NCBI GenBank assembly: GCA_000934665.2
Contig: KZ538232.1
Coordinates: 1-64,000 of the forward strand
DNA: 64,000 bases
Origin: Catajapyx aquilonaris
Lineage: Eukaryota
Reading direction: 5' to 3'
The translations under genes were made by a program, and so were the position numbers. Positions 24,401-36,600 of the stretch are shown here, one piece after another. Within the stretch, counting starts at the first letter, position 1. Each line of letters begins with the position of its first letter. Under the pieces are notes generated by a model, which was given only the letters and a program-made list of their open reading frames with translations, searched no databases and had not been told where the DNA came from.

Positions 24401-24918
24401 CAACTCGCCCCCAGCGACTAGCAGAGGTCGAAGGCAAGGAGTATCACTTTGTGTCACGTGAGAAGATGGAGGAGGAGGTAGCACTGGGGAAATTCATTGA
24501 GTTTGGAGAGTACAAGGGAAATCTCTATGGGACCTCTTCTGAGTCGGTCACATCCTTGGTCAACGCAGGCTATGTCTGTGTGCTCAACCCACACTACCAG
24601 GCCCTGAAGATGCTCCGGACTGCTGAGCTGAAGCCATATGTCATATTTGTCAAGCCTCCTGATTTTGAACGCCTTAAGGAGACCAGGCAAAGTAGCTACG
24701 CCCGATCCACTTTTGATGAGTCAAACTCAAGGGGATTCACTGACGAGGAGCTTGAAGATATGGTTAAATCAGCAACTAGGATCGAGTTCCTCTATGGCCA
24801 CTGGTTCGATGAGGTTCTGGTCAATGATGATCTTTCTCGTGCATTTGAGCAGCTTGTAAGAGCTGTCAGAAGGTTGGAAGCGGAGCCACTTTGGGTGCCA
24901 GCATCTTGGGTACATTAA
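15487..24918 (+). CDS. MPP7: MAGUK p55 subfamily member 7-like (L27-L27-PDZ-SH3-HOOK-GUK; Drosophila metro/skiff type), ~653 aa (663 with microexon)
   Basis: Phase-consistent exons 15475/15487-15781, 17938-18152, 18580-18711, [19967-19996], 21143-21626, 23247-23561, 24398-24918. L27 ([37 protein letters not shown]), PDZ ([35 protein letters not shown]), SH3 ([27 protein letters not shown]), GUK ([30 protein letters not shown]). The true start codon is uncertain. Confidence 0.92.
15861..16215. mobile_element. TIR element with TTA flanks (Harbinger-like MITE)
   Basis: TTA|CAAGGGAACGACCAAGG ... CCTTGGTCGTTCCCTTG|TTA, with long imperfect arms (AAAGTCCTAGATGCCACTGTCCA / TGGACAGTGGCATCTAGGACTTT). 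Confidence 0.75.
16838..17500. mobile_element. Sola-like non-autonomous element
   Basis: TIR GAGGGGGTGAAAATCAAAAACCGACAGCTCC / GGAGCTGTCGGTTTTTGCTTTTCACCCCCTC; 4-bp TSD AAAT; GAG termini; internal GAGCTGGYGGTTTTTG repeats. Lies just after a pogo/Tigger-like end TACAGTAAAACTTCC at ~16695. Confidence 0.7.
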
Positions 24919-25666
24919 GTGGATGAGCGTGTACAGGTTGAATCAAAATATTCCTCTGAATTGCTGCCTTGAGTGCAAAAAGAATAGGGAAAATTGAATG
25001 TGCACCATATCATTACCGCTTTCAGTAGTTTGTACAGGCTTATTGTTTCTTCAAGCTGTTCGGAGGTAAGTTGGGCTTAATTATGAGTTACAGCAACCAT
25101 GCTGAGGTTGCTAGTTTGTGTGAGAAATGGGTTTACGGATTTCCATAAAGGCAGCCAGCAGTGTAGTTCTAATGAGCCTGACCACCACTGATAACTTTTT
25201 TGTACAAAATGTCAAAAATAGCATATCTCTGGGATGGAGATTTTGGCATTTGCTGTAATTTTGGTGAGGTGCATATGCCTGTTTGGGAGATGTGTGGAAG
25301 GGAGGAAATCTTATGGTTGTGATCAACACCTGACACCCATCTCTTCACATGTTGCAAGGACTGAAGTGCAAGTAGTATGAATGATTTTCAACGTATAGGC
25401 TGCAGCCCAATACTGATGGGTCACACAATGACCATAAATTCATTTCTTATTGGCGTTTTGCTAGTGACAATTTGCCTATTACCCAAGAAAGTGACATGAC
25501 TGGTTTTATTTAACTTGCATATCTGTTGATAGGGTAGAAGATTTCCCATGAAACACAGAACTGCTCTACGACACCTAGTAATTGAAGCCAGTTGCAATTT
25601 TGCATCCTTTCATACCATTGCATTTGCAGGAACATATCAAATTATGTTAATTTTATACATATATAC

Positions 25667-25852
25667 AGTAGAATCTGGATGTAGTAGGCTTCAAGGCACT
25701 GCAGAAATCAGTCTGCTGTAACCAAGGTCTGTCATAGCCAAATACACAGGCCATGTACTTGTAATTATGAAAGTATGCCAGGACCAGCCTTTCGAGTCTG
25801 CTATAACTGAGAATCTGTTATGGCCGAGGCTGTTATATCCGGAGTAAGCTGT
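25667..25852. mobile_element. pogo/Tigger-like MITE
   Basis: TA|CAGTAGAATCTGGAT ... GCTGTTATATCCGGAGTAAGCTG|TA; related copy at ~55851-55955. Confidence 0.6.
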
Positions 25853-25868
25853 ACTTTAATTTCCATAA

Positions 25869-26294
25869 AGGCCTGTTCCTAAAGCAGCTGTTTTAAGGAA
25901 AATTGTGCTGCGACAACTCCCTCTCACTGCTGCTGTCACAGCTAGGTCAATTGATGCCATTCGTGAAGTCAATTGTTTAGGCTCAGCTGTGACAACATGG
26001 AAACCACGGTGGATAGAAGCAAGTTCGGTGGGGGAGTGGGGAAAAATCAAATTTGAACTGATCACATCGCGTCAAACCAATATATTGTGTGACCTTGATG
26101 AGCTATCTGATTGGTCAGCCGGAGCTGGAAGCCCCATTCCCATTCGCTGTAGAATTCCGGTAGCATTCCAGCCCCTGTCACAGCTTTTTCCTCTTGTAGC
26201 ATTCCCAACCACTGTAACCGCTCCCTCCCAGCTGTCGTGGGGAGTTGTCATAGTGCAATTTTGCGCAAAAAAAATCTGCATTGGGAACGGGCCT
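25869..26294. mobile_element. PIF/Harbinger-like MITE
   Basis: TAA|AGGCCTGTTCC ... GGAACGGGCCT ends; inner AAATTGTGCTGCGACAACTCCC / GGGAGTTGTCATAGTGCAATTT. Confidence 0.6.
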
Positions 26295-27687
26295 TGAATG
26301 GCAGAGTTAGGGTGGCACAGAGAGAACTGTTCAACATGATTCATATGGCTTTTCAAAACATTCAGTCATGGTGCAAATTATATCAACACTCTCTTGCTAA
26401 TAACAAGGATCTGTTTGCATATCAACTTGCGATTTATACTAAATCCATTCATGTTTCAAGGGTCTCATTTACAGGGTTAAAAACCACGGTCACTGAAATT
26501 GCTAACGAATGACCCTTTTAAGTGAACCCACAACCCTAACTGATCTGCCTCTGACATCATCCAGTGTGTTTTCTTGGGCTTGTATTTTCCACGTGCAAGG
26601 AGAGCAGGAGGACATTTAGAAGTGAGGATGGGATGGACCCAGTGGTAGTTGGAAAAGAGTAACGTATTGATATGTGGAACTTTTCTACCATCACTTGAAT
26701 TACTTAACAGTACCATTAAGTTAATGTTACCTGTTTTTTTTTACATCCGAATGGCCATTTTTGTGGTCAACATTAAATCCAGAACAAGTGGTTTGATCTC
26801 TTCTGTCATCTTTGTAGGTTTAATCACACTTGTTCGGAATTTATTCTCAATCACAATTGATCAGACAAAATTTTATGATATTGATATGGAGCAAGTTTGG
26901 CACATTCAGAGAGCCTGAACTGAGAACCAGTGATAGTGATAAGAAGCATATTTTGATTCACCCTGTGTACCTCCAGTATAGAGAAGATTTGGTTTTTCAA
27001 CCATTGTCATAGAGATGTAAAGCTGTGAGTTGGATCATTTGACGAAAACGATTGGAAGGCAAGAGGCCATTGTTATCAACAGCAAAGTATTGTAACAGTT
27101 TTCACCTGTACTTAGGAACTGGCAGTCATCAATTCTTGTAGACAAGAATCAAGCGACCTTCAAGGGCTTAAGCAGGTCCATCTGAGGTCACCACTTGGTT
27201 GCTGCCAGGCATCTGTTGTGACACTGGGAATCGTTGCTTAGGGGAACTATATGTTAGGGTTTTAAAGAGGAGACTTACAAAAGTTAGTTCTTCACCATGA
27301 GTCAGAAGTTTGGGTGTTGGAAACACTGACCTTCAGCCTTTCAATTTGCATCTGTACTAGCTGCAAAGCAATGCTTGGCTTAAAGGCCAACCTTTTTTCT
27401 CCCGTTTTGCGTGGAGGTTGTTGTGAATCCAATGGCTAAGTGCAGCCAGGATGGGCAAATATGACGTCATCCACCCAATGTTGCTTGGGTTTCACTGCAT
27501 CCTCGGTGGAAATTGGTGCAGTTTTGTGCATTGTCACAAGACCTGGGCCTACTTCTACAACAGACTCTCAAAAGATCTGCTTCCAGATCACTAGGTGCTG
27601 ATTCCCATGTTGCTTCCTTTTCGAGGCGGGATGTTGACCACCTACCAATGGTCAGCAATCAATAGTTGTGTTGCACCAGTGCTTTAA

Positions 27688-27845
27688 CGCCCCCATGGAC
27701 ATTGTTTTTGTTACCTGTAGCGTAAGCCTGTCAACACTGTTAACGAGAACAAACACTTTCCACTGTTGTTAAATTCTTGTGGAACATTTTTTCCATGATA
27801 TGTAAAAGTGTCCATTTTAACACTATGAAAATGTCAATGGGGGCG
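27688..27845. mobile_element. piggyBac-like MITE
   Basis: TTAA|CGCCCCCATGGACATT ... AATGTCAATGGGGGCG|TTAA. Confidence 0.65.
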
Positions 27846-28795
27846 TTAATTTAATTGGGGAGAGAGGTGTACAAAAGTGCAATAATGGAGGTTGCGAACA
27901 CAACTGCGCGAATCTCATCTTCCACTAGTTAACATGTGACCCCGTTGAATTTTGAAAAAGGCAAGAGAGAGAGAGGGAAAAAAATGTACACACACAATTA
28001 ATGATGCATATGATAGCTATACTCACTGCCTCAAGACTATTGTGACTGCAATTATATGATGTTTTAGAGGTTGAGGTTTAGGGGGAGGGAAGGAAAAATA
28101 ACATTTTAATGGGAGGTATGAAATCTTCATGCTGCCATTGTCACGTTGCCTTTACGTTGGCAGTCAGTTGTTGACAGGCGTAGTTGAATCTAGACAAATC
28201 CTCGCTATGGAATCCTAGAATCTCGCAGCTACAGTCCAAATTTTGTTCACTCCAAACACTTCCTGTTTAAATGTGGCTTATACATGTAAAAAGAGTGAAC
28301 ACAATTTGGGTCCGTTTTGTTTACTTTGTTGTGACCATGAGTAGCGAGTGAACAGGTTTCGATCTCATTTGCCACATCTTATTCCCTTTTTTTTAAATAG
28401 AAAATAATCGTGTTTTAATATTTGTCTCTCTGAATTTCTCTCTCTCTGGTCTTCGCTGCTCATTCCCTGTTTTTTCAAGTATTATCACTGTTATTATTGA
28501 TTATTATCAATTATTATTGCCACAATGGAAACCCCCAGAAATATATGTGCCGTAGGGAATCTCTCTTAGCCACAATAAATTAAATGCCCTTATTTTACAA
28601 CATTTGCAGCTGTGATTTTGCTTAAATCTCTGTGCATGGGATGAGAATTGTCTGCATTGGATTAAGTCACCTAGAGCCACCTACTGCAGGGCAGTGCTGC
28701 AGGGCTTGCATGGTGTAGGCAATTCTAGTATAGGAACTGAAGAGCTTTCCTTAGATAAGCATGGCTTACTGTAGGTTCATATTTTAGTGGATATG

Positions 28796-28967
28796 GAGAC
28801 GTATACTCGACACGCCTGTCTCGAGTTGAACTCGAGGATGTGTTACTGCGTGATGTCAAAGTGACGTATGCTGGGTGTTGCCTGGGGGCCAATCAACACC
28901 CAGCATACATCACGCAGAGTCGCATCCTCGAGTTCAACTCGAGACAGCCGCATCGAGTATACGTCTC
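28796..28967. mobile_element. Near-perfect palindromic MITE
   Basis: GAGACGTATACTCGA..CTGTCTCGAGTTGAACTCGAGGATG..TATGCTGGGTGTTG is mirrored by CAACACCCAGCATA..CATCCTCGAGTTCAACTCGAGACAG..TCGAGTATACGTCTC; ATG on both sides. Confidence 0.8.
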
Positions 28968-29212
28968 ATGTTGTGAATCGCTAGTGCCTGCTTTATTGTG
29001 GTTGCAGGAATTAGACAGGTGAGTATTTGAAGATGGACAGGGGTGGAATCAGTGGGATGAAAATTTCAAGTACATGATTAAGTAATACGATATTATTTGA
29101 TGTGCAATGAATTTCTCCAAAACTTACATATTTTCAGGAATATTTTCATATCATCTGTGGGGCTCTTGCAAAAAGAGGTGAGTGTATTTGACTATCAGCC
29201 TACAGTCCTTAA

Positions 29213-29624
29213 AGCTGGGTTTACATGTGAGCGAAATGATCAGCGATTTGCATCGCCAGCGATGAAATCCTAACGAAAGCAGTGATTTGGGCCGAAAGTA
29301 GCAATCGCGTTTAAGAAGGGAGGGCCTCGGCGATGACATCGCTCAAGGAGATGGCGACGACATCGTCGCTCACTTGTGGCGTATTCGCCATTCCAAAATT
29401 CGAGCCATAAACAACCCGGTCGTCTTTTGTCTCCTTCCGATAGTCCTTTGCGCGGGCGATGCTGTTGGCATGCCGTGGCGATGAACGTCGCCGGCATGTA
29501 AACACACGGGCGATGCTTAAGCGCTATCGCTTGAGTCATGACGTCAGAACCGCTACAATTCACGGTCGAAATGCATCGCCGCGATGCATTTCGCTGATCA
29601 TTTCGCTCACATGTAAACCCACCT
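29213..29624. mobile_element. PIF/Harbinger-like MITE with ATCGC/GCGAT repeats
   Basis: TAA|AGCTGGGTTTACATGTGAGCGAAATGATCAGCGA ... TCGCTGATCATTTCGCTCACATGTAAACCCACCT|TAA. Confidence 0.8.
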
Positions 29625-30682
29625 TAAGACCTGGATACGTCTTTAAAATTCTCAAATATAGCTTATAATGCTATGTCTACTTCATTCACTCCATTCAGCT
29701 TAAACCACTTTTTAAAGACGTATTCACGTCAAAGGCTGCAGCTTGTGTCACCAACACAACCTAATGAAATGTTGTTTTTTTACTGTTATGGGTGGCCACA
29801 GCGCACTGGTAAAATACTATCCCTTCCGCCCATGCTTCAGCCATTGGGTGTGGGTGGATTTTCCTCTATTGTCCCCAGTGTGTTTCTTAATAATGAGTAA
29901 AAAAAAAATAAGCATTCATGCCAATATATTTATTGTCAGTACATTGCAAGTTGCATGAGGCTAATTTCATAAATCGGGTAATACTACAGAAATTATACAT
30001 GACAAAAGCAGTGTGTTACACTCCGTCATAGAAAATCAGACTTTCTTTTAATATCATGCAAATAAACTGGGAAAATAGTACGGCTCATCCTGCTGTGAAG
30101 TGTGTATAAAATTAGAAGTATGCCAGGGAGTCAGGTGGATTAAGTAAAAGGGGGTTATTACATTAAATTTGGCAAAATTTATTTCATATTCTAAATGAGT
30201 TGAAAGTTAATAATTATTTTAAATACTTCAGGAGCTAATTCTGGATGAAGTGATAATAACTGACTTATCAAGTTGAGTACTTGCAATAATTCTCCAGTCA
30301 TGGAAAGGAAAAAGTGAAGGGTTGATGTCTGACGACAGTCCAGGATTAACTATTATAAACTTGCAGACAAAAGATTATTAAAATTACCTTGAATTTTATG
30401 GCAAAACAAAGATTAATGAAAATCTTTGCAACTACTTGTAATGATAAAATAATTCCAAATTAAGGCAAACTTAAGAATTTTCGATGATACACATTGCAAC
30501 TTGCCTGTACTGAATAGCAAGTGAAAACCAAATAGAAGGAACACAGTACGCATGCCTAACTTTTCAACCAAATATGAAGAACGTTTAAAATTTAATGAAC
30601 CAATGTTTGGTAAAGCTATGTTCTGATTCAGTGGAAGAATTCAATTTGCATTAGGCAAAAGAGAGGAAAACAGTAGAGCGAA

Positions 30683-33600
30683 CTAGTGAGAGGGGCAGAA
30701 ATCAAGTGTGACGTTCCCAACCACTTGGCCTGGACCCAGCCTGAGTGGTTTTCCAGAAATATGCACATTCTTCATGCAACCTATGAATCCATCTTCTGTG
30801 TTCACCCCCAGAGCTTGGTAAGGGTTGGGATGACCTCCAATGAACAAGGGCTGGTTGGTGTCAGTGGCTGAGACGCCTGCAACACCTATTCCAGGCTCTC
30901 CAAACACACTGTCCACAGCCAGGGTAACCACATTCTTCGCCTTCAAGGCCCTGATGTTGTGCCAGTCCCCATTGCAGAAGTAGCTCGGGTTTGATGGCTT
31001 GAATGCGGTGGAGATGGTTCCCTTTCCGTTATCCACACTGAAGTGGAGTTCCCCATCCAATAGTTGGAGGACCAGGAAATCCTTGCGTCCTTCCACAGCC
31101 AGCAGTAGACCAGTGTTGTTGCGGGCACGAATGTCTAATGTGATGTCCATGTTCAGGCCCACCCTGTACCGCTCAGCTGGAATTGCAGGATATAGCATTA
31201 GCTTATTTTGACTGTGACCTCGGGTACCATTTCTGTATTCATACTTACATGCTACAATATAGCCTCCTTGGGCCCAGAAGAACATCCCTTGCTCAATCTT
31301 CTCTGTGCATGCAAAAGTTTCATGTGCAAATGAAGGGAGCCCAAATGGGCGTGAGTTCCATGTCATGTCTTGAAGGCATCCAGAAAATGGCTGGACAACA
31401 CCTTTAAGGTTGGGTCTTGCCCTCTCTGATGTTTCTTTATCCAATCCACCAACCCAGTACGGGGGATTGACATTGATGGACTTGGTATTGCCTTGGGACT
31501 CTCCACTCACCTAAAAAAGGGAAATGCAGACGTTAGTTCCCATCTGCATAATACTGTATATAAGTTTTTTAAAACAGTTTCAGTCTGCTGTGTTTGCAAT
31601 AGTGCGACAAACTATAAAATAATCACACCTGCTCTTTATACATTTCAATGACAACATTTTCATGAGACCTTTCTTTCATTTCTCTTTTGTGAAAGTAATT
31701 TTTATTTCCAGTGTAACTTCCACTGTCCAGTAGGGCGGCTCGAAAAACACTTTTTTCGAAAGTTGTAGTTCGCTAGTGAAAAAAAGTTGTGTTGGGCGAT
31801 CCTTTTAACAGGTAAAAAATTTGAGTCATGTGGGTTAATATCCTATGGCTCCGCCAGGGGCGTAAGTGACGCAACTTCCGGTTTTTCGTTTTTTGGTGTG
31901 CGAGTACACTTACCCAGCCTAAACATGAAAAGTTGTGGCCCCTTTGGGGTGAAATGTCGTTATTTTTGCGATATATTGCACCGTTGATGAGATATTGACC
32001 AAAACCCCAGGTTCAAAAATTACACCGTTCTGCAAAAAAACACTCTCGCTCTTTTGCAAACCTTTATGTGCTTTTTATGGATTTTGGGGTGCTGAATCCG
32101 AATCCGGAAACAGATTTGCTCTATCACGTACAGTTTTTGAGATTATCGTTTTAAAACTTTGGACGGTTTACTAGGGGTCTTTCCGAATCAAGTGGGCCTA
32201 AATGTTGCTAGACCGCCTTGGATCTTGGCGAAAATAATCACAGATGTACTCATCTATTCCTTAACGCTTACTGTAAAAATTCAGCCATATTGCTCAATAC
32301 TATGATGAGGGGGAAAATCGCAAACATCTGGAAATGGCTGAGAATGAGGCCTTTTTTGGAGAATTTTTTTTCGGTTAGTGCAAGTGGTCAAACCCCAATG
32401 AACATATATATCAAAAGAAAGGGAAACACCAGGACAATGCGCCTATGGAATTAGTATTCCTCTAAAATGTAAAAATAAATTTTTATAGCATTTCATTTGT
32501 CACTTGCTCAGTCACATGCCCAAGAATATATTGTGACCTCAACATGTTCTGCAGAAAAATCCTATTTTGGATAAAAGTAGATGGACTATATTATAGATTA
32601 AGGTGTGCTGAATCCAGATCTGAAGTCATAATGGCTCTATCACGTACATATTTTGAGAAAAGCAAATTTTGGGAGATGCCACACTTAAATCAAGAATTGT
32701 TGTTTTTCACAGTTGTCGCAGTGTATATCCAGGACTGCGTAAGGGTTTTCCCCGCAGGACTGCCCGAACCAGTGATATACGTTTTTGTATAAGTGTAAAA
32801 GGTACGAGAGGGAGTCGGCCAAGGACAGTCGATTATAATTGTTGAGGTCACAATATATTCTTGGGCATGTGACTGAGCAAGTGACAAGTGAAATGCTATA
32901 AAAATTTATTTTTACGTTTTAGAGGAATACTAATTCCATAGGCACATTGTCCTGGTGTTTCCCTTTCTTTTGATATATATGTTCATTGGGGTTTGACCAC
33001 TTGCACTAACCGAAAAAAAATTCTCCAAAAAAGGCCTCATTCTCAGCCATTTCCAGATGTTTGCGATTTTCCCCCTCATCATAGTATTGAGCAATATGGC
33101 TGAATTTTTATAGTAAGCGTTAAGGAATAGATGAGTACATCTGTGATTATTTTCGCCAAGATCCAAGGCGGTCTAGCAACATTTAGGCCCACTTGATTCG
33201 GAAAGACCCCTAGTAAACCGTCCAAAGTTTTAAAACGATATATCTCAAAAACTGTACGTGATAGAGCAAATCTGTTTCCGGATTCGGATTCAGCACCCCA
33301 AAATCCATAAAATGCACACAAAGGTTTGCAAAAGAGCGAAAGAGAGTGTTTTTTTGCAGAACGGTGTAATTTTTGAACCTGGGGTTTTGGTCAATATCTC
33401 GTCAACTGTGCAATATATCGCAAAAATAACGACATTTCACCCCCATAGGGCCACAACTTTTCATGTTTAGGCCGGGTAAGTGTACTCGCACACCAAAAAA
33501 CGAAAAACCGGAAGTTGCGTCACTTACGCCCCTGGCGGAGCCGTAGGATATTAACCCACATGACTCAAATTTTTTACCTGTTAAAAGGATCGCCCAACAC

Positions 33601-36600
33601 AACTTTTTTTCACTAGCGAACTACAACTTTCGAAAAAAAGTGTTTTTCGAGCCACCCTACTGTCCAGGTACTGTACCACAAAGAAAACGAGTCATTAAAA
33701 TGAAAATGAACTCGAGGCAGTACCACAAGTTGCACAAGAAAAGCCTGTATGGAATTATCAATACTCTATAATGATTACAGCCATTAAGTACTCTCTTAAC
33801 TTACCTCCTCCCCATCATCGCCATCAATATACACTGATCCCTGCTTCTGCCGACGCTGGAAAACCACGTGATGCCAATTCCCATCATTGTATCGGTGTTG
33901 GGATGATAGTAGAGCAGCCCCTGACCCACAGTTGAATGCAACATTGACCTTGCCCTCCCGCAGGTATAGGGCCACAAAGTCTATCTGTCTAGTGTCCGCC
34001 ACATAGAAGATAACGCCCTCCTCTGATTTAGTGCGGAAGCGGACACTGAACTCAGAGCGTGCCTTGTGCTTCGTGGGTAGGGAGTCAAACTCAAGCCTGC
34101 TATAAGGGAATGTTCCTGCAAGGTGACAAAGACATTCAGTATGCAGCTGTTGTGCAGACTCAGAAAATTCAAACTCCTGTACTTACAACACGTGCAATGT
34201 CTACTTATTTTCTACATCTAATTACCATTTCAAGTACACATACCAAATTGTACTCCATGCTGCAAATCGATGGCACGCACAAGCCTTGGCTCCAGTGCAA
34301 GGCCACAGCCTCCAATTGGAGTTGGCTCTGGGAAGTACTCCTGAGTGGTGAGTGGTGGAAGTGGAGGAGAAGTGACAAAGTGCTCCCCATTGTCATCCAC
34401 ATCTTCCTCATCTATGTCCACATCTCCTCCCCTCCTACTTCCTTCCTCAGTGGTTGTCTCCACTGGTAGAGGAGGTTCTTCCTCTTCTTCCTCTCCCTCT
34501 TCAGGTGCAGGACACTTCCCAAGAGTAGCTTCAGAGGATGAGGGGGACTCAGCCAGGTTGAGGAAGGTGCCATCTACCACCACGTCACCTATGCAGCCCC
34601 ACAAGGGTGCCGACAGAGTGTCTATAGGATTATGGATGGATGGTGGGGTACCACCAAGGTACCAGTTCTGGAGAGAGGGGTGGAGGTTTGCAGTTGCTGA
34701 AGGTAAGCTGAAACAAGGCATGTATCATCATAAGTAGCTAGTCAGGATTTTCTGCCTTCACAATGCCAAATCAAAATCTACTATCTCGAGAATGCTTTTT
34801 GGGAATTAGCAGATTTCTCTGGTTTGCCCACAATATACTGAACTTAATACGTCTAATTTGTCATCAAATAATGCATACTTACGTGTATGTCTCAAAGTCA
34901 TCAACGTCAAGCCTGGTTCCATTGGCCATGCGGACAACAGAAACAACATGCCAGAGGTCATCATCAAACTTAGACGCAGATGTTTCTTGCTCTCCATCAA
35001 CCACCATCATAAGTGCTCCTCCCCTCAACCCCAATGCCATATACTGTCCACCTTCTTCAGTTGCAAAGAACAGCACAGCATCTGGTGCAGGTGATTTAAA
35101 CCTCAAGCTCACTTCTGTCACAGCACCTGTGTGCTGAGGAGTCTCCATTGCCAGGAAACCCGGACGAGTCCTTGCAAATGAAACAATGGATGCCATCTTG
35201 GCTGGGCATCCTGGTTGGACACCCCGTGACTCTAATATGCCCAGCTCAACCAATGTTCCCATCACTTGAAGTTCATCAATGCAACCATCAAAGCCACGCT
35301 GTGACACACCAGGAATTGGATGGCGACCTGGATATCCACCAACAAACATGTGCATCTCTGTGTAAGTGTCATCGTAGCCTGGGAGTGTCTGTTGGTTCAT
35401 TAGTATGCCATCTACTCGTAATGCAATTTCATCCCGATATCGAACTGCTTCTAATGTGTGCCACTGATCATCGTTGAACTCTTGACCTGAATAAATCTCA
35501 GACCGCCCATGACCTTGGTCAACTGTGAATACTGGTTTACCAGAGCGCATGTCAACTGACATATAAGCAGGCAACCCTTCAGCCAGGAACATCAACCCAT
35601 CTGAAGAAGTGGTCTTGAAGCGTAAGGTTACATCACCGCGTTCTCTGAAGCGACGAGGCTCCAAGCGTGCATAACCACGGCCTCCAAACCGCAATCCTGT
35701 CTCTGGTTGTAGGTCGACTAATTTGTCCCTTTCATGTGCACCGTAGATATTCTCAGCATCCGAAAAGTGCCAGAGACTAACAGGCATGTCACCAATAGTG
35801 AGACCCTCCACTTCTCCAATGAAGGAGCCATAACGGACAGTGCTTGGTACCTGTAACACAGTTATGATTATGAATACGTCCAGCAGTACTAGTGTTCATG
35901 ACATGAGAAAAATTCATGGTGTCTAATATAATAATTCTACAGTTTCTGGTAGACAATGTGATGAAGCTGTCACCTGTGCTGAAGTGGGGAATCCTCCAAT
36001 GTATATCTTCGAATGCTGTTGGTCCAAGTTGAGCAGGGAAGCTGCACCTGGAACCACTTTCTCTATGCTGTATGGCTTCTCCCGTCCAAAAGGAGTCTCC
36101 TCTGTGACTGTCAGCTTGGCACGACGTCCGCTGCGTTCCACTGATGCCCGGTACCATACACCATCAGCTACGTATTTGTCTCGCACCTGCAGTCGTTCAG
36201 GACCTGCTCCAAGGTCAAGGGTCAGGAGGAGGTGGCCCCCATCTAGCTCCAAGGCCAAATAGTCATCCTGAATGTGAAGGGCAATTTATCAAACTAACAG
36301 ATTAAGGGATAACATCACCACATTGAGCACCCTATTATTCAGGTAATATTCTACTTCTGCAGAGGAAAACTGAGCTGGGTAAAACAATAAGTACATCTTG
36401 CTAAAATTTGGCATTAGATCTATCAGTCATGACATCTGGCTGTCGAACCCTGATGCACCATACAGCTACAAAATTAATATGCAAGTACCGAAGCTTCTTT
36501 CAAGGTAGAAGCTAAAAGGGTGTGGATGGCACTCTCCTTCCAAACCAACGATGATACACAGCTCTTCATTGCAATGCATTTGAGTAAACTTTCATTAAAA

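Noticed and set aside
31787..33602. Mirrored ORF pairs (66 and 78 aa)
   Set aside because: Artefacts of the long inverted arms; no protein motif.
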